In this document: positions 7,346-16,583 of the stretch, piece by piece
How the letters are laid out: each line of letters starts with the position of its first letter
How positions within the stretch are numbered: position 1 is the stretch's first letter
DNA from: Bdellovibrionota bacterium
Lineage (GTDB): Bacteria; Bdellovibrionota_G; JALEGL01; DATDPG01
Length of the DNA: 64,000 nt
Reading direction: 5' to 3'
Assembly: GCA_963668355.1 (NCBI GenBank)
Contig: OY764265.1
Coordinates: 352,001-416,000, forward strand
Position numbers and translations under genes: made by a program
The notes under the pieces: model-generated
The model's database searches: none
Seen by the model: the letters and a program-made list of their open reading frames with translations, nothing else
Told to the model about the DNA's origin: nothing

Positions 7346-9781
7346 TCAACCGATTCGAACCAAGTTTAAGCGTTCACTCCAAACTTCGCTAACCATCCAA
7401 TGGAGCACTTTGTTTTCAGGCTCCAGCAAGTCCGGATCTCTCTCCAGGAGAGAGAATGCTTCTCGGCGAGCGGCCTCGAGCAGATCGAGGTCTCGAGGGA
7501 AAACCGCCAATTTGAACGTCGGGTAACCCGATTGAGCCGTACCGAAAAAATCTCCTGGGCCCCGAACCCTCAAATCCTCTTCGGCCAACAGAAACCCATC
7601 GTGAACGTCCACAAACACATTTAAGCGCTCCTTAGCTTGCTTACTCACCTTGGGAGGACAAATGAGGTAACAAAAAGAACGTTCCTCTCCTCGCCCCACT
7701 CTTCCTCGAAGCTGGTGCAACTGAGCTAGTCCAAATCTTTCGGGATGTTCAATCACCATGATGGTGGCATTGGGCACATCAATCCCAACCTCAATGACGG
7801 TCGTGGAAACCAAGAGTTGAATTTTTCCCTGATGAAACTCTTTCATGATGAGTTCCCGTTCCAAGCCCGGCATTTGACCGTGAATCAATTCAACACGGAT
7901 ATTCGGAAAGACATTCTGACGAAGCTCATCGGCCATGGTTGTGGCATCTCTCGCCTCCAATCGATCCGAAGGATTCACAAGAGGATAAACAACATAGGCC
8001 TGCCGACCTTCTTGCACCGCCTTTTTGATTTCGGCATACACCTTACTTCGTCCTCTTTCCGTGACCATTTCGGAAACAATGGGCTTTCGACCTTTGGGAA
8101 GTTCATCCAAGATGGATACGTCCAGATCTCCATAGAGCGTCAACGCCAAAGTCCTTGGAATGGGCGTAGCAGACATAACCAAAACATCCGGTTCTTGAGC
8201 TTTGGTTCTGAGCACAGCTCTCTGTCGAACGCCAAAACGGTGTTGTTCGTCCACGACTACCAATCCCAGCGCCTGGAATTCGACACCTTTCTCCAACAAG
8301 GCATGTGTCCCCACCAACACGTCAATCTTTCCTTCTTTGAGTCTCTGAATCGTTTCTTGCTTCTGAGCCGGTTTCTGTTTTCCCAAAAGGGACTCGATCT
8401 TCACATCCACACTCAATGCCCACTGTTTCAAGGTGTGCATGTGCTGTTCCGCCAGAATCTCGGTGGGAGCCATGAAAGCTACTTGTCGCCCGTGATCAAT
8501 GGCGGAAAGTGCAGCTAAGAAGGCCACAATGGTTTTTCCGCTACCAACATCTCCCTGCAACAAACGATTCATGGGATGGGGAGAAGCCATATCTTCTCGA
8601 ATGGACTTCAGGACTCGCTTCTGAGCCTCGGTCAACTCAAAAGGAAGTTCCCCCAAAAGTTTTTCTCCTCGCGGAGAAGACTTCTGAAACGAAAATCCAT
8701 TCCCTTTTTTAATGGATTGTTTTTGCAAGCCCAGTGACAAGCAGTAAAAGAACAATTCTTCAAACGACAACACCTCTTGAGCCTTGGAACGAATCTCAGG
8801 ATCCGGCAAGGAAGAAGGGAAATGAATCCAACGCACTGCCTTCCATGGAGGCGTTAAGTCGTGCCGCTCTGCAATGGCCTTTGGAATCACCCCTTGACGA
8901 AAATGAGAAAAGTGCGCCACCGCATTGTGCAGAATTCTTCGAATGGTTTTTTGATAAATCCCGCCAACCTCTCGATAAACCGGAACGATCCGACCAAAAC
9001 TGATGGAATCCAAATCGCCCTTAAAAACTTCGAAGTCCGGATGGTGCATCTCCATTCGAGAACGGAATTTTTTCACTTTTCCGCACACGATGATTTTATG
9101 AGTTTTCTGAATGCGATCTTCCAAAGAACCATGAGAAAACTGAAACCATTTGAGCTTCAATTCACCCGTTCCATCTTTAACGATCACCTCAAAAATTTTT
9201 CTCCGTAAGCCGCGATAATAGGCCACGCCGGAAAACTCTACTTCACCAATGACCGTCGCTTTCTCTCCCTCATGGAGCTGCCCAATTTTTTGAATCTGCC
9301 GACGATCTTCGTAACGGGAGGGAAAATGGTTCAAAAGATCCCCAACGTTTTTGATGCCCACTCGTCCCAAACGTTCTCCCAAAGCCGGCCCAACCCCTTT
9401 CACAAACTGGACCTTCCCATCCAATTTCTTTTGTGACGCCTTAATTTCTTTCAGAGAAATCGAAGCATATTCCTCCCTCTGAAAATATCGAATTTCGGGA
9501 TCGGCAGGTTTGACTCTCGTGATCGTAAAAGCTTTTCGCACTCGGGAAAGTTGTTCTTTCTCCGAAAGATCCTCAAATCCCGAAAACAGTTCTTGAACCA
9601 AGCGAAAGACCCTTTTTTCTTCTTCATTTATAGAGCTGGCCAAAGCCGAACGACAGGTCTTCCGAATATGGATCGAAAGCGCTTCTGGACCTTGAACCTT
9701 TGTTTTCTTTTCATCTTCGTAAAATGAAAGGGGCCTTTCAATGGCCGATAAGAAATTGACGTTCTTTTCCTCTTGAGACAC
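7346..9781 (-). CDS. recG: ATP-dependent DNA helicase RecG (with N-terminal extension)
   Basis: MNRLLQGDVGSGKT, DEQHRFGV, MSATPIPRTL, QLHQLRGRVGRG, DLRVRGPGDFFGTAQSG. Confidence 0.97.
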   Translation of the reverse strand: MSQEEKNVNFLSAIERPLSFYEDEKKTKVQGPEALSIHIRKTCRSALASSINEEEKRVFRLVQELFSGFEDLSEKEQLSRVRKAFTITRVKPADPEIRYFQREEYASISLKEIKASQKKLDGKVQFVKGVGPALGERLGRVGIKNVGDLLNHFPSRYEDRRQIQKIGQLHEGEKATVIGEVEFSGVAYYRGLRRKIFEVIVKDGTGELKLKWFQFSHGSLEDRIQKTHKIIVCGKVKKFRSRMEMHHPDFEVFKGDLDSISFGRIVPVYREVGGIYQKTIRRILHNAVAHFSHFRQGVIPKAIAERHDLTPPWKAVRWIHFPSSLPDPEIRSKAQEVLSFEELFFYCLSLGLQKQSIKKGNGFSFQKSSPRGEKLLGELPFELTEAQKRVLKSIREDMASPHPMNRLLQGDVGSGKTIVAFLAALSAIDHGRQVAFMAPTEILAEQHMHTLKQWALSVDVKIESLLGKQKPAQKQETIQRLKEGKIDVLVGTHALLEKGVEFQALGLVVVDEQHRFGVRQRAVLRTKAQEPDVLVMSATPIPRTLALTLYGDLDVSILDELPKGRKPIVSEMVTERGRSKVYAEIKKAVQEGRQAYVVYPLVNPSDRLEARDATTMADELRQNVFPNIRVELIHGQMPGLERELIMKEFHQGKIQLLVSTTVIEVGIDVPNATIMVIEHPERFGLAQLHQLRGRVGRGEERSFCYLICPPKVSKQAKERLNVFVDVHDGFLLAEEDLRVRGPGDFFGTAQSGYPTFKLAVFPRDLDLLEAARREAFSLLERDPDLLEPENKVLHWMVSEVWSERLNLVRIG

Positions 9782-9783
9782 GT

Positions 9784-10425
9784 CTATACCGAACTCTTAT
9801 AAACCTGTTCTACGGATAAGTGTTGATAGTGCTCTTTTTTCCATTTCATATGGGAAAGTTCGAACAGAAAATCATTCAATTGCTCCGGCTTCGTGATGGA
9901 GCGCTTTTTGATCTCTTTCGCAATGAAATCTTTGGTTTGGCGAGGATGAACTTGGATGGTGTCGCAAAAATGCCATTCGTCCTTAAAAGAAACCATTCGA
10001 AGATCAACCAAGTCTCCTCGGTTCAGTCCCATCAGCGAGCCATCTTTTTCAATGCGTCTGACTTCTCCCGAAACCATATCTTCAAACACCTCGTGGTTTC
10101 CCTTAGATCCTTGATAGACACAAAGACTTCTCACGGTTCTTTGCATCGATTTGAGGGACTCCAACTCTTCGGCTTCGACCTTTTCGCCAAACATGAGGTA
10201 GTACACTCGAATGGGAGGAATGGACAGGCCCTCCAAGTTTCGATCAAAGAGATACCATTCCAAAAACATGCTCATTTGATGTTCAAAGGAGGGGTCATCT
10301 TCAAAAACTTTTCCAGACCTCTCGAAGTATGTGTTTTTGGCACGGCCGAGTTCTTCCAAGTAACCCGTTCGGGTAAAAAATCGCCCAACACGCTCATACG
10401 TTTTCTTAAATGCCGTATCGGTCAT
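9784..10425 (-). CDS. Hypothetical protein
   Basis: 213-aa ORF tightly packed between pyrC and recG on the same strand. Confidence 0.8.
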   Translation of the reverse strand: MTDTAFKKTYERVGRFFTRTGYLEELGRAKNTYFERSGKVFEDDPSFEHQMSMFLEWYLFDRNLEGLSIPPIRVYYLMFGEKVEAEELESLKSMQRTVRSLCVYQGSKGNHEVFEDMVSGEVRRIEKDGSLMGLNRGDLVDLRMVSFKDEWHFCDTIQVHPRQTKDFIAKEIKKRSITKPEQLNDFLFELSHMKWKKEHYQHLSVEQVYKSSV

Positions 10426-10461
10426 GCTATCCCCTCACATTTTTCCGAGAAAACTTCCGCT

Positions 10462-11757
10462 TCAAACCTTTTTTCCAAAGTTTGAATACACCCTTTTCCC
10501 ATCCACCCAAGTGGATCGAATTTCCCCCCAGCCAGATGCCCCCCAAAAAGGAGAATTCGATGACTTTGATTTCGTTTTTTCTTTTTCAAAATTCGTTTCC
10601 GGCGCAGGGTCAAAAATAACAACATCCGCAGGAGATCCCTTTTTTAAGGATCCACCTTCAATGCCCATAATTCGAGCGGGTTTGCATGACATCACGTCGA
10701 TTAACTGCGTTAAGTCCATCGAACCTTTTTTCACCAAACGCATGAGAAGAGAGAACGCCGTTTCCAACCCAACAATTCCATTGGGAGCCTTTTCAAAAGG
10801 AAGGTCTTTTTCCTTGGCGGCATGAGGAGCATGATCCGAAGCCACAACATCAATCCAGCCCTGGATCAGTCCTTGAACAACCGCCTGGCAATCGCTTTCC
10901 AATCGAAGGGGAGGATTCATTTTGGCATTCGTTCCATGCGTCCGTATGGCGTCTTGGGTCAAAAAGAGGTGATGAGGTGTCACTTCTGCCGTAATCTTTG
11001 ATGCCCGATGTTTAAACGCCGCCAGCAATTGAACCGACTCCTCACAGGAAAGATGCGCCAAATGAAGAGGCGCATCCAACTCCACCGCCAGCATCAACGA
11101 ACGAGCGACATCAATCGTTTCTGAGGAACGGGGAACCCCTTCCAAGCCCATCTTCGCAGCCACTTCACCATTGTGAATGGTGGGCCTTGGCAAAAAGGAA
11201 TTTTCTTCACAATGCTCAATGATGACCGAGTTGAGTTGTTTGGCCATAATGAGGGCTTCTCGCATCACCTGAGCATCATTTACGGGACAACCATCATCCG
11301 AAAAAGCGACACAGCCGGCTTCCTTTAACTCTCGTAAAGGAGCCAGCTCTTTTCCCCGTTGACCCAGGGTCACCGCTCCAATCGGAAGCACTTTGCAAGC
11401 TGCCTCCTTCCTGACTTTCTCCAGGATTAAGCGGGTCACTTCCACGGAATCATTCACGGGCACCGTATTGGGCATGCATAAGACAGTGGTAAAACCACCC
11501 GCCACGGCCGCCTGACTGCCAGAGCGAATATCTTCCTTTTCGGTCTGACCCGGATCTCTCAAGTGAACATGGACGTCGATGAATCCCGGGGCCACCACGC
11601 ATCCGGACGCATCCACAACTTCATCTGCATCCCCAACGGGGGTATCAGAAGGTTCAACCAGGGCTTCAACGTGACCCCCTTGAAGAACCAGGTCCATTTT
11701 TTGATCCATCCCTTGGGAGGGGTCAATTACTCTTCCGTTTCGAATCCATGTTTTCAC
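10462..11757 (-). CDS. pyrC: Dihydroorotase (class I)
   Basis: PGFIDVHVHLRDPG, AEVTPHHL, KMNPPLR, SDHAPH, GIVGLET. Confidence 0.96.
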   Translation of the reverse strand: MKTWIRNGRVIDPSQGMDQKMDLVLQGGHVEALVEPSDTPVGDADEVVDASGCVVAPGFIDVHVHLRDPGQTEKEDIRSGSQAAVAGGFTTVLCMPNTVPVNDSVEVTRLILEKVRKEAACKVLPIGAVTLGQRGKELAPLRELKEAGCVAFSDDGCPVNDAQVMREALIMAKQLNSVIIEHCEENSFLPRPTIHNGEVAAKMGLEGVPRSSETIDVARSLMLAVELDAPLHLAHLSCEESVQLLAAFKHRASKITAEVTPHHLFLTQDAIRTHGTNAKMNPPLRLESDCQAVVQGLIQGWIDVVASDHAPHAAKEKDLPFEKAPNGIVGLETAFSLLMRLVKKGSMDLTQLIDVMSCKPARIMGIEGGSLKKGSPADVVIFDPAPETNFEKEKTKSKSSNSPFWGASGWGEIRSTWVDGKRVYSNFGKKV

Positions 11758-11814
11758 GTAAGAGCTGTTCTACCTCATCTCATCCCGAGCTTGAAGTGTA
11801 AAACCATAGCCTCA

Positions 11815-12273
11815 TCAAGCGTTTGGAAGTTCGTCGAGAAGCTGCCCAACCGTTTTTTTTAAAATGGGATGGAGCCAATGAGGATTCAACTCAGAAAGGG
11901 GAAACAAAACGAAGTGCCGCTCGTGCATTCGAGGATGTGGGATTTCAACATCCTTTTCTCGAAGGGTCACATCCTCAAACGACAAAAGATCCAGATCGAT
12001 TTCTCTGGGCCCCCATTTTTCTCGAGGGACCCGCCCCATTCTTTTCTCCGCAGACTTCAAACAACGCAACAGTTCTTGTGGGGTTTTTTCTGTATCCACT
12101 TCGGCCACCGCATTGACAAAGTCAGGTTGATCCAAATTCCCCACCGGCTTCGTTTCAATGAATCGAGAGACTTTCCGAACCTGACAAAACAAATGTAACT
12201 CTTGAAGAGCCTCTGTGAGTCTCATTTTACGATTTCCCAAGTTGCTACCCAAACCGATATACGCAATGGCCAT
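11815..12273 (-). CDS. folK: 2-amino-4-hydroxy-6-hydroxymethyldihydropteridine diphosphokinase
   Basis: AYIGLGSNLG, KWGPREIDLDLL, PHPRMHERHFVL. Confidence 0.97.
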   Translation of the reverse strand: MAIAYIGLGSNLGNRKMRLTEALQELHLFCQVRKVSRFIETKPVGNLDQPDFVNAVAEVDTEKTPQELLRCLKSAEKRMGRVPREKWGPREIDLDLLSFEDVTLREKDVEIPHPRMHERHFVLFPLSELNPHWLHPILKKTVGQLLDELPNA

Positions 12274-12340
12274 TTCACGTGTGAGTAACGAATAATGTCT
12301 GCTTTGTCGAATCTCTCAATCCCCTTATACTCGCAGGCAA

Positions 12341-13174
12341 ATGAATACGTTCGAAGCCATTGTTTTAGGAGTCATCCAAGGTCTGAGTGAATTTCTCCCC
12401 ATATCGAGTTCGGGACATCTTGTCATCGCTCAACACCTCATTGGCTTTTCAGAACCTCCCATCTCGTATGACATTCTTCTTCACTTTGCGACCTTCCTTT
12501 CCACACTCATCATCCTTCGAAAGCGTGTATGGGAAATCCTCATGGCCGTTCCACGTTTCCCAAGATTTTGTTCTTCTTTGTTTCAAAAAGGTCACCTGGC
12601 CATCGCCGAAGATCTACCCTCTTGGGTTCTCTTGTTGGTGTTCGTCACCACACTGGTCACAGGCATTCTCGGATTAACCTTTGAAAATGTTTTCAAATCT
12701 GCTTTTTCCTCCCTAAAAACCGTAGCCATTTCACTCTCCCTCACGGGACTTCTTCTTTGGTTCACCCAACGAATTGACCAGAAAAAACCAAAAACAGCTG
12801 CACGGATGAGCATTTCCGACGCCCTTTGGATTGGGCTGGCTCAAACCTTGGCCATTGTTCCGGGCATCTCTCGATCCGGAGCCACAATTTCGGCCGGCCT
12901 TTATCGCGGTCTAGATCGACAATTGGCCGGGGAATACGCCTTTTTGATTTCCCTCCCGGCCATTCTTGGAGCCCTCCTCTTAGAACTAAGACATGGATTT
13001 ACGAGTTTGGGGTCATCTTGGGCTGTCGCGTGGCTGGGGTTTTTGTTTGCTTTTTTGGTGGGCTTGGTTGCCCTTCACTTTCTCTTGAAATGGATTCGAG
13101 CCGGTAAACTCTCTTGGTTTTCGTATTACTGCTTTGCGGCCTCTCTCTTTACCGGATATCTGGCTTGGTTCTAA
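12341..13174 (+). CDS. uppP: Undecaprenyl-diphosphate phosphatase (BacA)
   Basis: QGLSEFLPISSSGH, PGISRSGATI; multi-pass membrane protein. Confidence 0.96.
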   Translation: MNTFEAIVLGVIQGLSEFLPISSSGHLVIAQHLIGFSEPPISYDILLHFATFLSTLIILRKRVWEILMAVPRFPRFCSSLFQKGHLAIAEDLPSWVLLLVFVTTLVTGILGLTFENVFKSAFSSLKTVAISLSLTGLLLWFTQRIDQKKPKTAARMSISDALWIGLAQTLAIVPGISRSGATISAGLYRGLDRQLAGEYAFLISLPAILGALLLELRHGFTSLGSSWAVAWLGFLFAFLVGLVALHFLLKWIRAGKLSWFSYYCFAASLFTGYLAWF

Positions 13175-13913
13175 TCCACGCGTCCAGGGTTTGAGATAGC
13201 GTTCGACTACATAAATTCATTTCTGTTCTAACGACCTTTGAAAGGACTCGAAGATGTCGCCATCTTTTCAACAATAGAAAAACTGTCCGCAATCCTTTCG
13301 ATCGACCAAAGGCGTCACTCAACCCATCAAACACATCGGGCAAAGTTTCCTGGGAAGAATCCAAGACGGAGCGAATCACACACCAATCAATCCCCCGCTT
13401 CTGACAAACCAACGCCCATGCGCCACTCTCCATATCCACAAAGTCCGCACCATAGCGATCGAACAAGGATTCTTTTTCTTTAGGGCCACGAACGACCTGG
13501 TTGACCGTAACCCCCGACGTGAAAAAACGCTTCGGTGCCGAAGAGGAAAACGCTTTCCAAAGAATGGGTGAAGGCTCAAAAACCTCCTCCTGGAAATGAA
13601 TTTTTGATGGGATGAGAAGATCCCCGGTTTTGGACTCAGGATGAAGCCCCCCCGCAACGCCCACCCCAACTACTTTTTCAAAAGGGCCCAAACTCGTAAG
13701 AGCGGCCTCTAACGCGGATTCAGCCGAGTCTGGCCCCATCCCAGTCGCCACCCATACACACTCGGCCTTTAAGGGGGCCGAAAGGGTGCAGTGGCAAAAA
13801 GAAGAATTCTCGACCCAGGGGCCGGTCCGTTTCAAAAGAGAATGCTTTAAAACGCCCTTGGCCTCAGAAATCGTGGCAGAAATGAACAAAACGCGACCCA
13901 TTTTTTTGGGCAT
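13149..13913 (-). CDS. Nucleoside phosphorylase family protein (PNP_UDP_1; MTA/SAH nucleosidase- or HpnG-like)
   Basis: TGMG, GVAGGL, VDMES, IRSVLD motifs. Confidence 0.8.
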   Translation of the reverse strand: MPKKMGRVLFISATISEAKGVLKHSLLKRTGPWVENSSFCHCTLSAPLKAECVWVATGMGPDSAESALEAALTSLGPFEKVVGVGVAGGLHPESKTGDLLIPSKIHFQEEVFEPSPILWKAFSSSAPKRFFTSGVTVNQVVRGPKEKESLFDRYGADFVDMESGAWALVCQKRGIDWCVIRSVLDSSQETLPDVFDGLSDAFGRSKGLRTVFLLLKRWRHLRVLSKVVRTEMNLCSRTLSQTLDAWIRTKPDIR

Positions 13914-14055
13914 CTTAATCTCATGATTTGATTGAGCAATTGTTCTTCCTCAGCCACAGAAAAAAGATTTCATTCCCCACAATAACCGATTTTTCAAAAT
14001 AAAATTCCAACATACTCACAAAATAACGTAAGTATTTCCCACTTTGACCATTTTT

Positions 14056-14403
14056 CTAATTCTTCCTCGGCTTCTTTCTTCGGTCATAAATTCCATGGCG
14101 TTTGGCCCAGGCCAAAATCTTGGCATAAAGCTCCTTAAACCCTTTTCCATGGTTGAAATGGCGCAGATGAGCCATTTCATGGCAAAGAGTATCTACCAGG
14201 AAGGGATACGACAAGAACCGCCCTGTGCCTAGGGCATAGAGCCGTATCCGAATTTCATGTTCATCGGTACAACTGCCACATCGACTGGTCACTCGTGGAG
14301 ACTCCGGAACGATATCTAAGTACCTTAAATTAAAGCGCTTAGCGATCCTCCTCGCGTCTTTTTTGAGTTTTGCCAATAATTGATGTTCCGTCATATCGCT
14401 CAA
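14056..14403 (-). CDS. Small zinc metallopeptidase (SprT/YgjP/WLM-like)
   Basis: TLCHEMAHLRHFNHGKGF (HExxH plus a third His). Confidence 0.75.
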   Translation of the reverse strand: MSDMTEHQLLAKLKKDARRIAKRFNLRYLDIVPESPRVTSRCGSCTDEHEIRIRLYALGTGRFLSYPFLVDTLCHEMAHLRHFNHGKGFKELYAKILAWAKRHGIYDRRKKPRKN

Positions 14404-14539
14404 TTATTAGGATAACTCAAGATGACGCATCGCGCCTAGGATCTACGGCAGGGTTTTTAGTTTTTGTAAATTATCTATATTTTTGGGAAAAATACGCCAT
14501 ATATGACGATATTTTCTCCGTTTTTGATGAAATTTGGTC

Positions 14540-16369
14540 TTATTTCAAAATCTTAAATTCCACGCGTCGATTGGCTTTTCGGCCCGCCAAAGTGGCATTA
14601 TCGGCAATCGGCTGATCCGACCCATAACCCACAGGAGTCAAACGAGATTTTTGAATCCCTAACGAGATCAAGGTTTCCATCACCGCATCGGCCCGCATTT
14701 GTGACAGCTGCAGATTCTTTTCGCTTGAACCCGAAGAATCCGTATGGCCTCCAATTTCAACCAACTCAATCTGGGGATTCGCTTGAAGAATCTTCGCCAC
14801 ATCTTGAAGCGTTTTTTCAGATTCTTGTGAAATGACTTCACTCCCACTTTTAAACTGTATGGGTTTGACCACCGAAATCAGACCATCGTCCAAGAAAGCC
14901 TCCGTAGCTCCAGATTGCAGCAGAAATTCCGCATACACTTCAGTACCATCTACAACATCCACATTTACCGTGGAAAAACTTCCCTTTGGTCCTTCGGCCC
15001 TCATGACATACGTATTCACAGGCAGTTTAATTCTCAATCGACCTTCTGAATCGGTCTCCATGGGTTTGGCCCTTGGGACATCCGGCAATACGATTTGCGC
15101 TTGAGTGGGTTTCCCTTTTCCATCTTTCACCCGAACCACCACAATTCCGCGCTCGGGCTCCGATGGCGTTAAGACCATATCATGCTGAAGATTCCCCTGG
15201 TCGGGCACGCGAACCATCTGGGATAGGGGAGAATAACCGTCCGCCGTTACGGTTAAATTACAATCTCCTGCGGGCAATGGATAACTTCGAAAACGACCAT
15301 CTTCCGGATTGGAAACCAATGGACTGATTTCCGGTCCACAGAGAGCAATGATCGCCCCTCCCACTGAATGTCCGGTTCTCGCATTGGTGACCTTTCCAAA
15401 AATATAGTTTTCATTTTCAACCTCGGCCACTTTCGTGGGAAGAGCTTCCACACGACTTCCTGGTTTGGCAAAGTGGAAAAAGAGCCCCGCGTGAAAACCA
15501 AAGTCCGGCTCTTTCACGATGCGGGAGGCACCATCTGAAGCAAAAAACCCAAGGTCTGAAGCCAAACCCACTCCCCACGTGCGATCCTCCGAAGGAAAAT
15601 AGCGAACGCCCAATGTGGCTCTTTGAGGGTTGTCAAACACCCCGACTCCAGCCGCATCCAATGCGATCTCCATTGTATATTCTGCACTCAACACTACCGG
15701 ACGAAGAGGAACCTCCACTCCCAACCCCGCCAACAGAGAATGTTCACCATTCACACCATATAAAATGCGAGCCGCTTCAAGGGCCGTATTGGGAAGCAAA
15801 TGCCCAGTTTGATCCAATCGAAATCCCACATTGCCATGAATCCGAAGCGGAATTCCCTGAGACCACAAATCGAGTGTCCCAAGGGCCAACGCGTCCCAAG
15901 AAAGAGCCGTGTCGGTATAACCCAAATCCACTGCCCCTCTGCGATAATGTCCCAATCCCATGACCCCCACGGACCATATTTCGTCCACATCAAAGGCGAT
16001 CTTGGTCCCAAAATCCATATTTCCTACCTGCTGAACCAGAGCCGCCGTAACATCTTCATTGCTCGTCCAGGCCGAGCCCGAAAGAAAAATTTCCCAAGAA
16101 GAGAGAGGCGTATAGGAGATCGCCGCTTTTCCACTCAACCTTTCCAAATCTGTTCCCGAGACCGGAAAGTCACTTAGATTGAAGTAGCGACTGCTCAGAG
16201 ACAAGCCGATTGCCGTCGGACCCGCTTCCCTACGTTGAGCCGAAAACGTTCGCCAAACTCCAACGGGTCCATCCGGGTGTAACCCAGGCAGCACAGGATT
16301 CGAAGCAGCCAAGGCACTCGAAGAACAAAAAAAGAGGAAACACAGCGTCCAGATCGATTTTGGTTTCAT
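14540..16369 (-). CDS. OmpA-family outer membrane protein (N-terminal beta-barrel-like region, carboxypeptidase-regulatory-like domains, C-terminal OmpA)
   Basis: Signal peptide; GHTDSSG...NLQLSQMRADAV...GYGSDQP...NRRVEF. Confidence 0.9.
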   Translation of the reverse strand: MKPKSIWTLCFLFFCSSSALAASNPVLPGLHPDGPVGVWRTFSAQRREAGPTAIGLSLSSRYFNLSDFPVSGTDLERLSGKAAISYTPLSSWEIFLSGSAWTSNEDVTAALVQQVGNMDFGTKIAFDVDEIWSVGVMGLGHYRRGAVDLGYTDTALSWDALALGTLDLWSQGIPLRIHGNVGFRLDQTGHLLPNTALEAARILYGVNGEHSLLAGLGVEVPLRPVVLSAEYTMEIALDAAGVGVFDNPQRATLGVRYFPSEDRTWGVGLASDLGFFASDGASRIVKEPDFGFHAGLFFHFAKPGSRVEALPTKVAEVENENYIFGKVTNARTGHSVGGAIIALCGPEISPLVSNPEDGRFRSYPLPAGDCNLTVTADGYSPLSQMVRVPDQGNLQHDMVLTPSEPERGIVVVRVKDGKGKPTQAQIVLPDVPRAKPMETDSEGRLRIKLPVNTYVMRAEGPKGSFSTVNVDVVDGTEVYAEFLLQSGATEAFLDDGLISVVKPIQFKSGSEVISQESEKTLQDVAKILQANPQIELVEIGGHTDSSGSSEKNLQLSQMRADAVMETLISLGIQKSRLTPVGYGSDQPIADNATLAGRKANRRVEFKILK

Positions 16370-16537
16370 ATGCAGGGCAGTATTACAACCCTCCCTTTGA
16401 TCCGCAAGAAAGTTTCATTTCTGATAAGTTTGGAACTTTCGTATCGAAAACCCGCAAAAAATGAATAGCCCCTTAAAAACGAGGATCGCTTCGCCCCGAT
16501 AACCAATGAAAAACATGAGACTTTTTTTTTAGCCATT

Positions 16538-16553
16538 TGGTCCAGCTATTGCA
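16538..16553 (+). promoter_or_regulatory. Putative sigma54 promoter for the 16584 gene
   Basis: TGGTCCAGCTATTGCA: GG(16539-40)-N10-GC(16551-2), ~30 bp before the ATG. Confidence 0.6.
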
Positions 16554-16583
16554 GATTTAGCGGCTCACCAGGCAAGAAAAGAG

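Noticed and set aside
6751..7526. Short ORFs 6751-6942(-), 6869-7051(+) and 7260-7526(+)
   Set aside because: No recognisable motifs. They run over promoters and hairpins or antisense to recG, so the region is better explained as ncRNA.
7745..8518. Long antisense ORFs (also 9820-10485, 22160-22870, 33265-33978)
   Set aside because: Shadow frames opposite well-conserved genes, with no motifs.
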